Of a DNA stretch of 59,197 nucleotides, positions 39,799-50,967 are shown in pieces. Position numbers and translations under genes: made by a program. Each line of letters begins with the position of its first letter. The first letter of the stretch is position 1. Where the stretch lies: sequence record DRR723986_1329; one strand, 5' to 3'. Under the pieces are notes generated by a model. That model was not told where the DNA came from, ran no database searches, and saw only the letters and a program-made list of their open reading frames with translations.

Positions 39799-40836
39799 AT
39801 GACAATACTCCCCAGACTACGCAGCACGCACCGTTGCAACGGAAGTTTACTTTTCCTATTTCTAACGCTCACAGTCCCAGCAACAACGATGGCTCAGACG
39901 AATACCATTGGAAAGATTGAACGGCTTTCACCAGAGGTCGACCAGCTTCTTCCGGCAGACACCAAGATCGAAGTACTAGCTAATGGCTTCACCTGGACAG
40001 AAGGCCCAGTCTGGATGGGAGGCAAAGACGGTTATTTGCTGTTTTCTGATATCCCAAGAAATACCATCTTTCGGTGGGATCAGTCTGGAGCAATCTCAAC
40101 TTTCATGTCACCGAGCGGATACACCGGAGTCACCTATTACGGGCTCGAACCGGGAAGCAACGGACTGTTCTTGGACCTGGACGGTCGGCTGGTCATGTGC
40201 GAACACGGCGATCGCCGCGTCAGTGTTCTTACGCAAGACGGCGGTAAGCTGACTCTTGCGGACAAGTTTGAAGGGCGTCGGCTAAACAGTCCGAACGATG
40301 GAGTCGCGAAGAGCAACGGTGACATCTATTTCACAGATCCACCGTACGGATTGCCAGATCGGTTTACCGACCGGCGACGCGAAATTGATTTCTGCGGCGT
40401 ATACCGCCTGAATAAGGAGTCTGGGCAGGTTGAACTGCTGACCAAGTCGATTGAGCGTCCGAACGGAATTGCTTTTTCGCCCGACGAGAAGACCCTCTAT
40501 GTGGCCCAATCGAATCCAGAACAAGCCAATTGGACGGCTTTCCCTGTCAAGAATAATGGCAGCCTTGGAGAGGGCAGAGAGATCGCAAACGTCACCAAAC
40601 GAGTTGGCACTGAACCTGGCCTGCCCGACGGCATGACCACCGATAAGGACGGTAACTTATGGGCCAGCGGTCCTGGCGGCATCTACATCATGACCCCGAA
40701 AGGCGAGCTTCTGGGACGGCTGGTCACGGGACAGCGGACCAGCAACTGCACTTTTGGGCCGGATGGATACCTTTACATGACGGTTGATTCACGGCTGTGC
40801 AGAACCAAGACCGCTACGGCAGGCGTCGCTCGTTAG
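39799..40836 (+). CDS. SMP-30/gluconolactonase family protein
   Basis: WTEGPVW, GSNGL, NSPND, PNGIAFSPD, PDGM. Confidence 0.92.
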   Translation: MTILPRLRSTHRCNGSLLFLFLTLTVPATTMAQTNTIGKIERLSPEVDQLLPADTKIEVLANGFTWTEGPVWMGGKDGYLLFSDIPRNTIFRWDQSGAISTFMSPSGYTGVTYYGLEPGSNGLFLDLDGRLVMCEHGDRRVSVLTQDGGKLTLADKFEGRRLNSPNDGVAKSNGDIYFTDPPYGLPDRFTDRRREIDFCGVYRLNKESGQVELLTKSIERPNGIAFSPDEKTLYVAQSNPEQANWTAFPVKNNGSLGEGREIANVTKRVGTEPGLPDGMTTDKDGNLWASGPGGIYIMTPKGELLGRLVTGQRTSNCTFGPDGYLYMTVDSRLCRTKTATAGVAR

Positions 40837-41037
40837 CCCCCCTTAAGAACTAATCGTTCGGCTTTTGCGGTACTCTGAGCCGCGAATCGCAGAAAGCGGC
40901 CCGAAAAGACTTGTCGCCAGACGGGTGACGGACATATAAAATAAGAATGGTCCTCGATTTGCAGGACGTGCAATTGGATTACTTCGCGAGCTGTCATAAT
41001 GGCTCGCATAACCGCTAGATAGCCGGGGATATTGGAA

Positions 41038-41370
41038 ATGGCAGTTATTCTGAGCGAAAACGCAGCGAATCAAGTCAAGAAGTTCAAAGAAGAAAACCAG
41101 TTCAGCGACGATATGTTCCTGCGTATCGGAGTCGCTGGCGGTGGTTGCAGCGGTTTCAACTACACCCTTGCATTCGACGACAAATTCGACGAAGCAAGCG
41201 ACAGCAAGTATGAGCACCACGGAGTAGCCGTTGTTGTCGATAAGAAGAGTGCCCTGTACCTGGATGGCACAACCGTCGATTGGTATCACAGCATCGAGAA
41301 GCAAGGTTTCACCTTCGAAAACCCGAACGCAGTGAAATCTTGCGGTTGCGGCAGCTCGTTCCAAGCTTAG
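41038..41370 (+). CDS. A-type Fe-S carrier (IscA/ErpA/HesB family)
   Basis: GGGCSGFNY and CGCGSSF motifs. Confidence 0.95.
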   Translation: MAVILSENAANQVKKFKEENQFSDDMFLRIGVAGGGCSGFNYTLAFDDKFDEASDSKYEHHGVAVVVDKKSALYLDGTTVDWYHSIEKQGFTFENPNAVKSCGCGSSFQA

Positions 41371-41415
41371 TCGCTGACTTCAGACACGATGAAATTGGGC
41401 ATTCTATGTCCCACC

Positions 41416-41444
41416 AACCGCAGGACTCGCTCCTGCGGTTTTTT
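41416..41444 (+). terminator. Intrinsic terminator after Fe-S carrier gene
   Basis: AACCGCAGGA-CTCGC-TCCTGCGGTT followed by TTTT. Confidence 0.75.
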
Positions 41445-41628
41445 CATGCGCCGTGACTGCTCCCCTGTGGAGACTGGATCCTGTGTGGACCGGTTACTCG
41501 GTGGGGACTTGGTGCCGAGGGACATTTCTGCGAGACTCAACCACTTCCACAGAACAGGACAGGGAACCTCCTTGGGCAGCAGGTCGCTGCGGATTCGGCT
41601 AGCGTTCTCCGAACTTCAAAGGACTGCG

Positions 41629-42876
41629 GTGAGCAACGACAAGATTACGATTATTGGTGTCGGTGACGATGGAATTGAAGGCCTGACGCGGGCCGCCCGA
41701 GAAACCATCTCGACGGCCCACACGGTGCTGGGCTCGGCGGATTTAATCAGCCAATGCAGCGTTGAAGGCGAATGCATTGCGTTGTCATCGGATCTGGATG
41801 CGATCTGCGAGCAAGTTGGCAGCCAGCGAGAGGGTCCGGTCGTGTTGCTGACTAGCGGCGATCCATTGTTCTATGGGACCGCGAAGTTCTTATGCGAGCG
41901 GCTTGGCAAAGACAGGTTCGATATTTTCCCGCACGTTAGCAGCATGCAACTTGCGTTCGCGCGGATCAAAGAAAGCTGGGACGACGCCTATTTAGGCAAC
42001 TTGGCTAGCCACCCAATTTCATACGTCGCGGAGAGAATCCGCACGGCGTCCAAGGCAGGATTATTCACCACCGAGCAATGTCCGCCACAGGCGGTAGCGG
42101 CAAGCCTACTAGATCGCGGCATCGATTACTACACTGCTTACGTTTGTGAGAACATTGGCTCTCCGAACGAACGCGTCACACGTGGTTCACTTCAGGAAAT
42201 CGCTGCGACTGAGTTTCGCGACCTAAACGTCTTAGTGCTCGTTCGTCACCCCGATGCACCTGACCGACCAACTCGCATGGCTGGTCGTCGGCTCTTTGGC
42301 AACCCCGACGAGTGCTTCTTACAGAGTCAGCCCAAACGTGGCCTATTGACCACCAGCGAAGTCCGAACGATCGCTCTAAGCGAAATGGACCTGGGCGAGG
42401 GCAGCGTTAGCTGGGACGTAGGTGCAGGAAGTGGTTCTGTGGCGATCGAAGCGGCCCAACTGTCTCCACGGGGGCATGTATTCGCGATTGAGATGGATCC
42501 AGAGGACTACAACCTGCTCGTCGAAAACGCCAAGCAGTTCGGAGTTGCTAACCTACAACCGGTACTTGGAAAAGCCCCTGAAGCGTGGCACGACCTTCCG
42601 GCACCAGACGCAGTGTTTATCGGTGGCACGGGCCGCAGCGTCCTCTCACTGGTTCGAGACATCTGGGTCGCGCTCAAGGAGGGCGGTCGACTGGTGATCA
42701 ACATGGCCAGTATCGATAACGTCACCAAACTTCGCGAACTACTGTGTGAACTGGAGGCACCACCGTCGGTCATGATGGTGAACATTTCCAAGAGCCAGGA
42801 GCAATTGGATGCTCTGCGGCTCGAATCGGCCAACCCATCCTTCCTGGTGGTCGCAACCAAACCGAGAAAACTATGA
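41629..42876 (+). CDS. cbiE: Bifunctional precorrin-6Y C5,15-methyltransferase CbiE/CbiT (CobL-like)
   Basis: [54 protein letters not shown] start 41629. Confidence 0.88.
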   Translation: MSNDKITIIGVGDDGIEGLTRAARETISTAHTVLGSADLISQCSVEGECIALSSDLDAICEQVGSQREGPVVLLTSGDPLFYGTAKFLCERLGKDRFDIFPHVSSMQLAFARIKESWDDAYLGNLASHPISYVAERIRTASKAGLFTTEQCPPQAVAASLLDRGIDYYTAYVCENIGSPNERVTRGSLQEIAATEFRDLNVLVLVRHPDAPDRPTRMAGRRLFGNPDECFLQSQPKRGLLTTSEVRTIALSEMDLGEGSVSWDVGAGSGSVAIEAAQLSPRGHVFAIEMDPEDYNLLVENAKQFGVANLQPVLGKAPEAWHDLPAPDAVFIGGTGRSVLSLVRDIWVALKEGGRLVINMASIDNVTKLRELLCELEAPPSVMMVNISKSQEQLDALRLESANPSFLVVATKPRKL

Positions 42877-43604
42877 GTGATCGGGACGACGAAAAACTAG
42901 ACGTGATCGCCGTCGGCGCACATCCCGACGACCTTGAAATTGCCTGCGGCGGCACGCTCGCCAAGCTTTCCAAGCAGGGATACCGAGTTGGCATCATCGA
43001 CCTGACCGATGGTGAACCTACTCCGAGATGTGACGACCCTAAGATTCGCGTCGCCGAAGCGATGGCTGCTGCGGAGAAACTAGGCGTCTCTCGTAAGATC
43101 CTACCGCTGACCAATCGTCGGCTGATGGACAACTTCGAATCGCGAGTGGCCTTGGCAACTGAGTTTCGCCGACACCGCCCCGACCTTGTTATTGGATTTG
43201 GATCCAAGACTCCGATGGCGTCGCCTGACCATCATCAAGCGATCCAGATCACCGATGCAGCGGTATTCTATTCACGACTAACGAAATGGGATGACCACTT
43301 CGGCGGTCTGCCAGTTCACACGATCCGATCGCAGGTGTATTTTCAGCTTGGCTACGATGCCCCGCGGCCGGCAGAATTCGGTGCCAACATAACGGTAGAT
43401 ATTAGCGACCACCTGGAACAAAAGATCGAGTCCGTCCTCTGTTACCAAACGCAGTTTCCGCCTGAGAAAAGAGGCATATTGGACCGAGTGAGAGGACAAG
43501 CGATCGCTGCCGGTGCTGCTGCTGGTTTTTCCGCGGGCGAGGTGTTTTCGACCGTCCGGCCACTCGGATGCCAAGATTTGTTCGCAACTGTTGTTCCTGA
43601 GTAA
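42873..43604 (+). CDS. PIG-L family deacetylase (BshB1-like)
   Basis: [12 protein letters not shown] and SPDH motifs; ATGA overlap with the upstream gene. Confidence 0.88.
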   Translation: MSDRDDEKLDVIAVGAHPDDLEIACGGTLAKLSKQGYRVGIIDLTDGEPTPRCDDPKIRVAEAMAAAEKLGVSRKILPLTNRRLMDNFESRVALATEFRRHRPDLVIGFGSKTPMASPDHHQAIQITDAAVFYSRLTKWDDHFGGLPVHTIRSQVYFQLGYDAPRPAEFGANITVDISDHLEQKIESVLCYQTQFPPEKRGILDRVRGQAIAAGAAAGFSAGEVFSTVRPLGCQDLFATVVPE

Positions 43605-43693
43605 GTGGTAAGTTGGCTGTTACGAGACAACTCAATCGCTCAGTAGTCAACAGCTTGCCTGCCGACCGAACGTCCACAAGCGGATATTGAGCT

Positions 43694-45019
43694 TTGGCAT
43701 TCCCACTCATCCACCCCCACCTGCCAGCTAGACCCACGCTGGAGAGCGCAGTTTGGTTTCAGCAATTGCGGTGGGTCGCGGTCGCTGGCCAGCTTGCAAC
43801 GCTGGCTTTCGTGGCGCTGTTGCTCGAAATTACCCTACCGACACGCTGGCTCCTGCTGCTGATCGGTGCTACAGCGACTACCAATTGTGCATACGCACTT
43901 TGGCTGCGTCGCTTGCGGGTAGCTGGACTGGACCGCGACGACCGACTTCCGTCGGAACAGGTTGTTCCGGTCCTTATGCTGATCGATATCCTGGTACTGA
44001 CCGGGATGCTGTTTCTCTCGGGCGGCATGACCAATCCGTTCGCGCTCTTTTACTTCGTGAATATCGCCATCGCAGGGGCACTATTGCCGCAGGTTTGGGC
44101 GTGGGGGATTTGGCTGGCCACCATTACCGGTGTGATGTTCTTACTGCAAATTCATATTCCTATCGATGCAATCTCGACAGGCTCCAACCTGGCCAACGCA
44201 CCAACGACATGGACAATCCCCAAGGTTGGATACATCGTTTCGTTTGCGACGTGTAGCGCCGTCATCACGTATTTCACAACTGGATTAACCGGAGAACTTC
44301 GGAGACGTGAGAAGGAACTTCAGGACGCCGAGGACGAAAAACTGCGAAGTCGACAACTGGAGGGACTTGCAACACTGGCTGCCGGCGCTGCGCATGAACT
44401 GGCAAGTCCGCTGAGCACGATTGCCGTCATTGCGACCGAGTTGAGTCGTTCGTTGGCCCGACATGAAGTCGCCGAAGGGATTACTCGAGATGTTGAGCTG
44501 ATACGGAGCGAACTAGATCGATGCCGCCAGATTCTTGATCGGATGACCAGCGCCGCTGGCGATGCGGCTGGCGAGCGATTGGAGAGCATCTCCATTGAGA
44601 AACTTCTTCAGGAGTGCATCTTGGGGCTAAGGGAGCCGGGACGTGTCAGTTTGTCGATTGCCGATGGTGCGGCTGAATCACAGGCGATCTTGCCCATCCA
44701 GGCAACGGCACAAGCCATCCGCAACCTTTTGCAGAATGCACTGGATGCCAGCCGCGATGACGCGACGGTTAGTGTTGAAGCTGACGAAGAGGATGGGATG
44801 TGGGTCCTATCGGTGATCGATCGCGGGACGGGCATGCCTCAAGAAGTACTGTCACGGATTGGCGAACCATTTTTCACCACCAAAGAACCCGGTCGCGGCA
44901 TGGGACTTGGACTTTACTTGACACAGAATGTGCTTCGTCGCTTGGGCGGTAGCGTTGAATTCGAGAGCCGCCCCGGCGAAGGCACAGTAGCGACAATCGA
45001 GCTGCCACGCAGTCAGTAG
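43694..45019 (+). CDS. regB: RegB/PrrB/ActS-type membrane sensor kinase
   Basis: LRWVAVAGQ, GGMTNPF quinone-binding motif, AAGAAHELASPL H box, ELDRC redox Cys, GMGLGL. Confidence 0.88.
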   Translation: MAFPLIHPHLPARPTLESAVWFQQLRWVAVAGQLATLAFVALLLEITLPTRWLLLLIGATATTNCAYALWLRRLRVAGLDRDDRLPSEQVVPVLMLIDILVLTGMLFLSGGMTNPFALFYFVNIAIAGALLPQVWAWGIWLATITGVMFLLQIHIPIDAISTGSNLANAPTTWTIPKVGYIVSFATCSAVITYFTTGLTGELRRREKELQDAEDEKLRSRQLEGLATLAAGAAHELASPLSTIAVIATELSRSLARHEVAEGITRDVELIRSELDRCRQILDRMTSAAGDAAGERLESISIEKLLQECILGLREPGRVSLSIADGAAESQAILPIQATAQAIRNLLQNALDASRDDATVSVEADEEDGMWVLSVIDRGTGMPQEVLSRIGEPFFTTKEPGRGMGLGLYLTQNVLRRLGGSVEFESRPGEGTVATIELPRSQ

Positions 45020-45201
45020 TACCGGACTGGTATAAACGATTTGTAATCGCGAAGAGCAATGGATTGTTGAAACCAATACATAAGTCGCTCGAGTCGCGTC
45101 GCTCAGCCCTCATTCGCCACTCAACAGCGCGCCGTCCGCTAGCGAACTCCTTGCAGTGCTGACTACAATGGACTGATCGCAGCTGCATGCAAACAAACAA
45201 A

Positions 45202-45316
45202 GTAGCAGGCACTTTCCGTGCCGTCCTAACAAATTAGTAGGCACACTCCGTGTGCCGTCCCCAAACCACAAATCACCGCTTTTCAATCGTTACGGCACAC
45301 GGAGTGTGCCTACTAC
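45202..45316. repeat. Three REP-like units (same family as 1271-1510), two forming an inverted pair
   Basis: 45202-45225 GTAGCAGGCACTTTCCGTGCCGTC (degenerate); 45235-45259 TAGTAGGCACACTCCGTGTGCCGTC; inverted copy 45292-45316 ACGGCACACGGAGTGTGCCTACTAC. Confidence 0.88.
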
Positions 45317-45352
45317 TATAGAACCGACACTGAGAAGTGCCCTGAAGTCGCG

Positions 45353-45925
45353 ATGGTGAACCAGGAATCAACTGAAGAATCAGCCGTTGCCGCGGCAAGC
45401 AGCATCCTGCTTGTCGACGATAGCATCGTGCTGCGCGATCGTTTAGCGCTTGCGTTTCAGGATCGAGGTTTCCGTGTTGCGGTCGCCAGCAATTATGACG
45501 AAGCTGTGGCCGTTTTTCGAGCGGCTCCAACGGACCTTGCCGTTTTGGATCTGCGCATGCCTGGCAAGCCTGGACTGACGCTGCTTCAAGACTTGAAAGC
45601 AATTCGCCCGGAAACAAAGATCCTGATTTTGTCCGGCTTTGGTTCTATTGCCACCGCGATCGACGCGATCCGACTTGGAGCCACAAACTTTCTTCCCAAG
45701 CCTGCGGACGTCGAAGACATCCTGACGGCGTTTGCACGTGGCGGATCAGAGATTGAAGTTCCCGACGCGGAGGAAGAAATTCCTGTTCCTACGTTGGCGC
45801 AGGCCGAGTGGGAACACATCCATCGAATCTTGTCAGACTGCGGTGGCAACATCTCCGAAGCAGCGAGACGTTTAGGAATTCACCGCCGCTCGCTCCAGCG
45901 AAAGCTACGAAAACGCGCTCCTTGA
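45353..45925 (+). CDS. regA: RegA/PrrA/ActR-type response regulator
   Basis: ILLVDD...VLDLRMP receiver; EWEHIHRIL..CGGNISEAARRLGIHRRSLQRKL Fis-type HTH. Confidence 0.92.
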   Translation: MVNQESTEESAVAAASSILLVDDSIVLRDRLALAFQDRGFRVAVASNYDEAVAVFRAAPTDLAVLDLRMPGKPGLTLLQDLKAIRPETKILILSGFGSIATAIDAIRLGATNFLPKPADVEDILTAFARGGSEIEVPDAEEEIPVPTLAQAEWEHIHRILSDCGGNISEAARRLGIHRRSLQRKLRKRAP

Positions 45926-46391
45926 GCTGCACAATGCGAAGCAACGCTAGCAAGACGAGGCCCAACCGTTTCGGCAATGTCGCCGAGAATCTCTCCGGGG
46001 GCCTGGGCAAATTGTAGTGTTTTGAGATACTGTTGGCTTGCTCTAGAAAGAACGGTTAAACCTCCGGTCGCCGGTCCCTGCAGCACAACTTTTGTGTTTG
46101 AAGGTGTCCCGCTGACCTAATGGAGAGCCGCCCAAATTGAGTAGAGCAGCCCTTCATCGCATTTGCGGAGTAACCGAGCCCCTTGAAAGGGCGGGACTTA
46201 CCTGCCGGGTTGTGATGAAGAAATCGCGTGGATGTGCGATTTTTAGCAAACCATTAGGACGACTTCTCGCGACGTACTGTCGCCGCCGTGGCAAGCATTT
46301 TGCACTAGGCGTCTTTCTTTTGTTGTGGACCGTTAGCGATAACCGTCCGCGTCAGAAGCAACCAGAGATTTTAACGTAGGAGATCTACTTC

Positions 46392-47324
46392 ATGCATAAG
46401 AACCTAAGTTGCGAACTTCTCAATGTGACCGGCCGTCAAAGCGAGCTTATCGAGCTAGCATTGACTTACGGTTTCCAAGCGATTGACTTGGACCTTGACG
46501 ACATGGTCAAGCGATGCGCGAGAACTTCTTTCGAAAGCTCTTCCCGGTTTCTGACTAGCTCGAAGCTTAAAGTTGCTGGTTTTGAAACTCCCATCGACCT
46601 GGATGCCAACGACGAAGCCTTTGCGACAAGCCTGGCTGCACTAAATGGTGCAGCGGAGATTGCTGGGCGAGTCGGCGCTGGTTCGGCAATTCTCACTATT
46701 CCGGCAGCAACCGACCGCTTGCCCTATCCGGAGTACTTTGAAGTCATTCGGACGCGTATCGGTCAAATCACGGAAATCATGACAAAGGAGAATGTCAACG
46801 TCGCACTGACTTTCTCGCCTGAAGCAGCATCGGCAGAAGACAAGCAATTCAAGTTCATCAGCGATGCCGAAGGTTTCTGCGCGTTGGTTCGAGCTGTTAC
46901 GGCTCCGACGGTCGGCATCCTGTTTGACTCGTGGTGCTGGCACCTAGGCGGCGGCACACTTGAGCAGCTCAAGGAACTTGGACTTGAGAAAATCATGTCC
47001 GTCCGCCTTGCTGACTGCAAAGAAGGCGTCGAAGCATCCGCCGCGACAGCAGACGACTGCGTACTTCCAGGCACGACTCAAGTGATCGACTGCACGTCCT
47101 ACCTGAAGGCTTTTGCTGAAGCTGGCTTGGACGTCCCCGTCGCCGCCCGTGGTAGCAACTCCGGGCAACAAGTCCGACGAGATGCATTCATCCGCGAGGC
47201 ACAGAGCGCTCTCGATGCTGCATTCCTGGCAGCCGACATCGAATGCGAAACTCGCAGCCCGAATGAGCTGGCGGATCAGAACACAGCTCCCGCCGACAAG
47301 GTCACCACCGATACTGCTAGCTAG
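46392..47324 (+). CDS. Sugar phosphate isomerase/epimerase-like TIM-barrel protein
   Basis: ELIELALTYGFQAID, GILFDSWCWHLGGG, VLPG. Several metal ligands look degenerate. Confidence 0.75.
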   Translation: MHKNLSCELLNVTGRQSELIELALTYGFQAIDLDLDDMVKRCARTSFESSSRFLTSSKLKVAGFETPIDLDANDEAFATSLAALNGAAEIAGRVGAGSAILTIPAATDRLPYPEYFEVIRTRIGQITEIMTKENVNVALTFSPEAASAEDKQFKFISDAEGFCALVRAVTAPTVGILFDSWCWHLGGGTLEQLKELGLEKIMSVRLADCKEGVEASAATADDCVLPGTTQVIDCTSYLKAFAEAGLDVPVAARGSNSGQQVRRDAFIREAQSALDAAFLAADIECETRSPNELADQNTAPADKVTTDTAS

Positions 47325-47369
47325 CAACTTGGCCAATCAGGCACTTGGTACCGATAAACAAACGAACTT

Positions 47370-47402
47370 AAGGCATGTGCAAAATCGCACGTGCCTTTTT
47401 TT
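47370..47402 (+). terminator. Intrinsic terminator
   Basis: AAGGCATGTGC-AAAATC-GCACGTGCCTT followed by a T run. Confidence 0.75.
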
Positions 47403-47758
47403 GTGCAGTCTACACATCGACACGCTGAAGCCCCAGAAGCAACAATCTGTTTTGCTAGCCCAGCCATTCTGAGGGGCACCTCTCACCAAATTCACCGCTA
47501 GCAATTGTCATGCATATCGCCGTATTGGCAAAGTTTGACGGTTCTCACTTCTGTAATGGTAGCAATTCTTGGAGGGCCCGCGTTACCGGCACATCGCGTC
47601 AACCTAGTCCCGCGACCTACCGATTTGAAGGAATGGTCGGGTCCTAGAGATCATCCCTGCGATGCAAGCAATTAGGAACGTATCAGCGCTGTTTGCCCTC
47701 AGTGCTACCGAACAATTTGTATTCCCGACCAAGCTGAGCCCACTTTCAAAGCGAAACA

Positions 47759-49432
47759 ATGCAGCAAACTCTCAGACACAGCTTGCTCGCACTTGCCGTC
47801 TCGGCGGGGGCGTGTGTCCCTTGCTTGGCAGATGACAACTTCATTCGCCAACCACGGCAGAACGGTACCGTTCTGCCGCAAGCTGGCGAAACTGCTCGAC
47901 AGGGTGCACGAAATCAACCACGCGGTATCCAACCCCACGGTATCCAACCCCGCGGTATCCAACCCCGCGATGGCATGATCCAGCAGCCGGGGCTTGCGCG
48001 AAAAGAGCAACCCGTCGCCGCCCGAACAACCGCTGGCGACCGGGCATCGGCAACAGGCGTCTCCGTACTGGAACTGGTTCCACCAAGCACGTCAACCGAA
48101 CCCAAAATCGCAACGCTGCCAGCCAGCAGAGCGCAAAGGGCCTCCCGACAAGACGCAAGTTTATCTGAACTGAAGTGGGTTGCAGTGTCTCCCAGCAAGC
48201 GCCGACAGTCATCGAGTGCCGCAACCTCGCGTTCGACGACTCCGCTGAACCAGCAGTGGAACAACGCTTCGCAGTCGTCTCAAGTAGCACGCAGCAAACA
48301 AGTAAATAGTTGGCCAGACGACGAACGCAGCACCACGCGGCCGCAAGCGCAATTGGCTAGCGCTCGGACCCGACACGACAATGCGTCGGAACCAATGCAG
48401 ACTGCCAGTTTTGCACAGAAACAGATGCAGGAACGCCAAGAGAGGGCATCGAAAATCTCCCTCGCCAATTTGCGACACGCGAACAGTGGAACAGCCGCTC
48501 TTCCGCCTCCCGCAGATGCACCGGAGGGATGGATCCGAGTCGGCGATACAATCACTCAACATTTGCGCAAGTGCGATAGCCTAGTGAAACGAAGGGCATA
48601 TTTTTCGGCTCGTGACGAGGCGCTCAAAGCGGCTCGCTACCTCGTCCGATTGATCGATGAATGGACGGGCCGCTACGAATGCGAGCCATCGCTCAACACC
48701 GCGCTGCTTGCTCTGGACGAAGCGGAGCAGTTCGGGCGCCTGGATCAACTTGCAACCTCGAGCGTCAGGGGGTTGATTGAATCGCATTCAACGCCTGCCT
48801 TAGACGGCATGAATGTCAGCGACATTGCCCCTTTAGTTGCGGCCAAGCACTACCGCCTCTACGCCACCGATGCATTGGTTTACTCATCACTGGAACACCC
48901 GTGGATGAGCCAAATTTATTACACGATGGGCCGCATCTACCAGGCGCAAGCGGAATCCGCAGCACCACAGTCCAGCTCTGACTTGCACTGGAGAGCAGTA
49001 ACGTTCTATCGAGCGGCTGCGGCAGTTGATCCTCAGAACGCAATTGCCCTAGACCAACTAGGATACGTTTTCCTGCAACTCGACAAGCCCGACTCGGCCA
49101 GGGAAGCACTCGTGAATTCGCTACGTGTGGATGGGTCGCTCAGTGCACTTCAAAACCTGGCGGAAGCGAGCCGCAGATTGGGTGATGCAACGACACGCTC
49201 TTGGGCCCTGCAGAACCACAGTCAATTGGCCGCGTCCAAGCGTCAGCAACAAGCCAGGCCATTTGTACAGGTTCCGCCGCGATTGTTTGTCCAGGCAACA
49301 CCTCGCGTGAACCGCCCGACCTACGCACGCCCGGTTCCGCAGAACACACAAGCCCCCATGCAAGCTCGCCCCGCCCAAGTGCAACCAATGCAGGGCCGGG
49401 TGGCAAACGTACCAGGCTACCAGCCCCGTTAG
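47759..49432 (+). CDS. Secreted TPR-containing protein with long disordered N terminus
   Basis: Signal peptide, Q/S/R-rich linker, TPR-like YRAAAAVDPQNAIALDQLGYVFLQL. Confidence 0.75.
   Translation: MQQTLRHSLLALAVSAGACVPCLADDNFIRQPRQNGTVLPQAGETARQGARNQPRGIQPHGIQPRGIQPRDGMIQQPGLARKEQPVAARTTAGDRASATGVSVLELVPPSTSTEPKIATLPASRAQRASRQDASLSELKWVAVSPSKRRQSSSAATSRSTTPLNQQWNNASQSSQVARSKQVNSWPDDERSTTRPQAQLASARTRHDNASEPMQTASFAQKQMQERQERASKISLANLRHANSGTAALPPPADAPEGWIRVGDTITQHLRKCDSLVKRRAYFSARDEALKAARYLVRLIDEWTGRYECEPSLNTALLALDEAEQFGRLDQLATSSVRGLIESHSTPALDGMNVSDIAPLVAAKHYRLYATDALVYSSLEHPWMSQIYYTMGRIYQAQAESAAPQSSSDLHWRAVTFYRAAAAVDPQNAIALDQLGYVFLQLDKPDSAREALVNSLRVDGSLSALQNLAEASRRLGDATTRSWALQNHSQLAASKRQQQARPFVQVPPRLFVQATPRVNRPTYARPVPQNTQAPMQARPAQVQPMQGRVANVPGYQPR
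47921..47965 (+). repeat. 3 x 15-nt in-frame repeat encoding (R/H)GIQP
   Basis: CGCGGTATCCAACCC CACGGTATCCAACCC CGCGGTATCCAACCC. Confidence 0.85.
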
Positions 49433-49500
49433 CTTGAGCCACTTCGACAAGTAAACGCCCCGCGGGCTTTGACCAACACATTTTTTGAGTCGGAACAACG

Positions 49501-50963
49501 ATGCAAAAGCGACTTTCAACAAGCTGCATGATCGCCACCTTGTTCCTTGGAGCATTGGTAGCGAAGGATTCCCAAGCTCAGTACGCTGTTCAGCCCGGCA
49601 TGCACCAGCATGCTCATGCCGCAATGCAACAGACGGTTGTGCCACACGCGGTCCAACCGCAACACGTCCATGGCGCTGTGTCAAACGGCGTTGTGTCTCA
49701 GGTGCCTATGCAACAGGTTCATGGGCAGCAGGTCCCCGTACACCAACCGCAAGTCTTCGTGCAACAACCGGCCAATGTTGTCATGCAATCTGGACACACT
49801 CCAATGGGCAACGTTCAGCTCGGCCACGCTCACACAGGTGGCTCATGTGACCACTGCGGATACTCCGCCAGCAACCCTCCTGCGCAACCGCAAGTCGCCG
49901 CAGGCCGCTGCCAAGCTTGCACGGTCGGTGTCGACTGCGTTGATAATTGTGGTCGAGCACAAACGGTTCACGACTTGCACCGATACAATTTCCAACCACT
50001 TGCACACGGAGAGTGGCTGGGGCCGATCCGCACGCCTTCGACGGTAGACTACCGCGTGCGCCCACGCGACGAGCTGCGATTCACCTACATCCAATCGCAG
50101 GAAGTCGTTCCGGGAAGTTTTAAGCTAAGCGTCGGCGATGAGATTCAGGTGCGTTCGCTCATTGACGACTCTATTGCAATTGGCAGTCTCGAGCGGGGCG
50201 CTTTGATCCAGACTGACGGGACCGTGCACCTGGAACAGATTGGTGGCGTTCCAGCCGCGGGCAAAACCATCGAGCAACTTGAAAAGGACTTGGAGATCGC
50301 CTACGGAGAGACGATCAAGAATCCAGCCATCTCGGTCATTCCGGTGAAAACCAATAGCCCACTGCTGAGCCTGATTGATTCGGTGGATGCTCGTGCGGGC
50401 GTCGGAGGCACGAGCACGGCCGACACCGTTCACTCTGACGGCACAATCACTCTACCGCGTCTCGGCCAAGTCTGCGTTGTTGGGATGAGTCTTAGTGAGA
50501 TCAAACGCGAAGTCAATTTGCGATACCGTGAGATTGTGGCCGGCTTGGAAGTCGAGGTTCGAATTGAAGTCGAAGCGCCGCACGTGGCGACGGTAACTGG
50601 TGAAGTTCAAACGCCTGGAGTGATCGATCTACAAGCTCCCACAAGTGTGCTTGCGGGAATTGGAAGAGCAGGGGGCCAATCATCCAACGTGCCAACCTTG
50701 GCAAGGTTGTTATCGTGCGAAGGGCGGAAGACTGGCGTATGCTGGCAACCGTTGTCGACCTGCGAGCGTTGCACTACGGCAAAGTGCTCACGCATCCGGA
50801 TGACATCTGGCTACGCGATGGTGACATTGTGATTGTGCCACCCAAAACGATCACGCGTGCAGCCGACTTTATTGAAGAGGCATTTTCGCGAGGCGTCTAC
50901 GGCCTGTTTCCTCTGGCACAGCTTGGCGCTGGATTTGAAGCAAACGCGTTCGCTGCTCAGTAG
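49501..50963 (+). pseudogene. Polysaccharide biosynthesis/export (Wza/OPX-like) protein split by a -1 frameshift at 50671-50677
   Basis: YRVRPRDEL, DGTITLPRLG and VTGEVQTPG...AGG in the first frame; PIIQRANLGKVVIVRRAEDWR...DIWLRDGDIVIVP continues in the -1 frame from GGGGGCC. May be a sequencing error. Confidence 0.8.
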
Positions 50964-50967
50964 TTGC

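Noticed and set aside
41389..41628. Cobalamin riboswitch or N-terminal extension upstream of cbiE/T
   Set aside because: I could not find the conserved GGGAA...B12-box pattern. The region holds a terminator, and protein similarity starts at GTG 41629.
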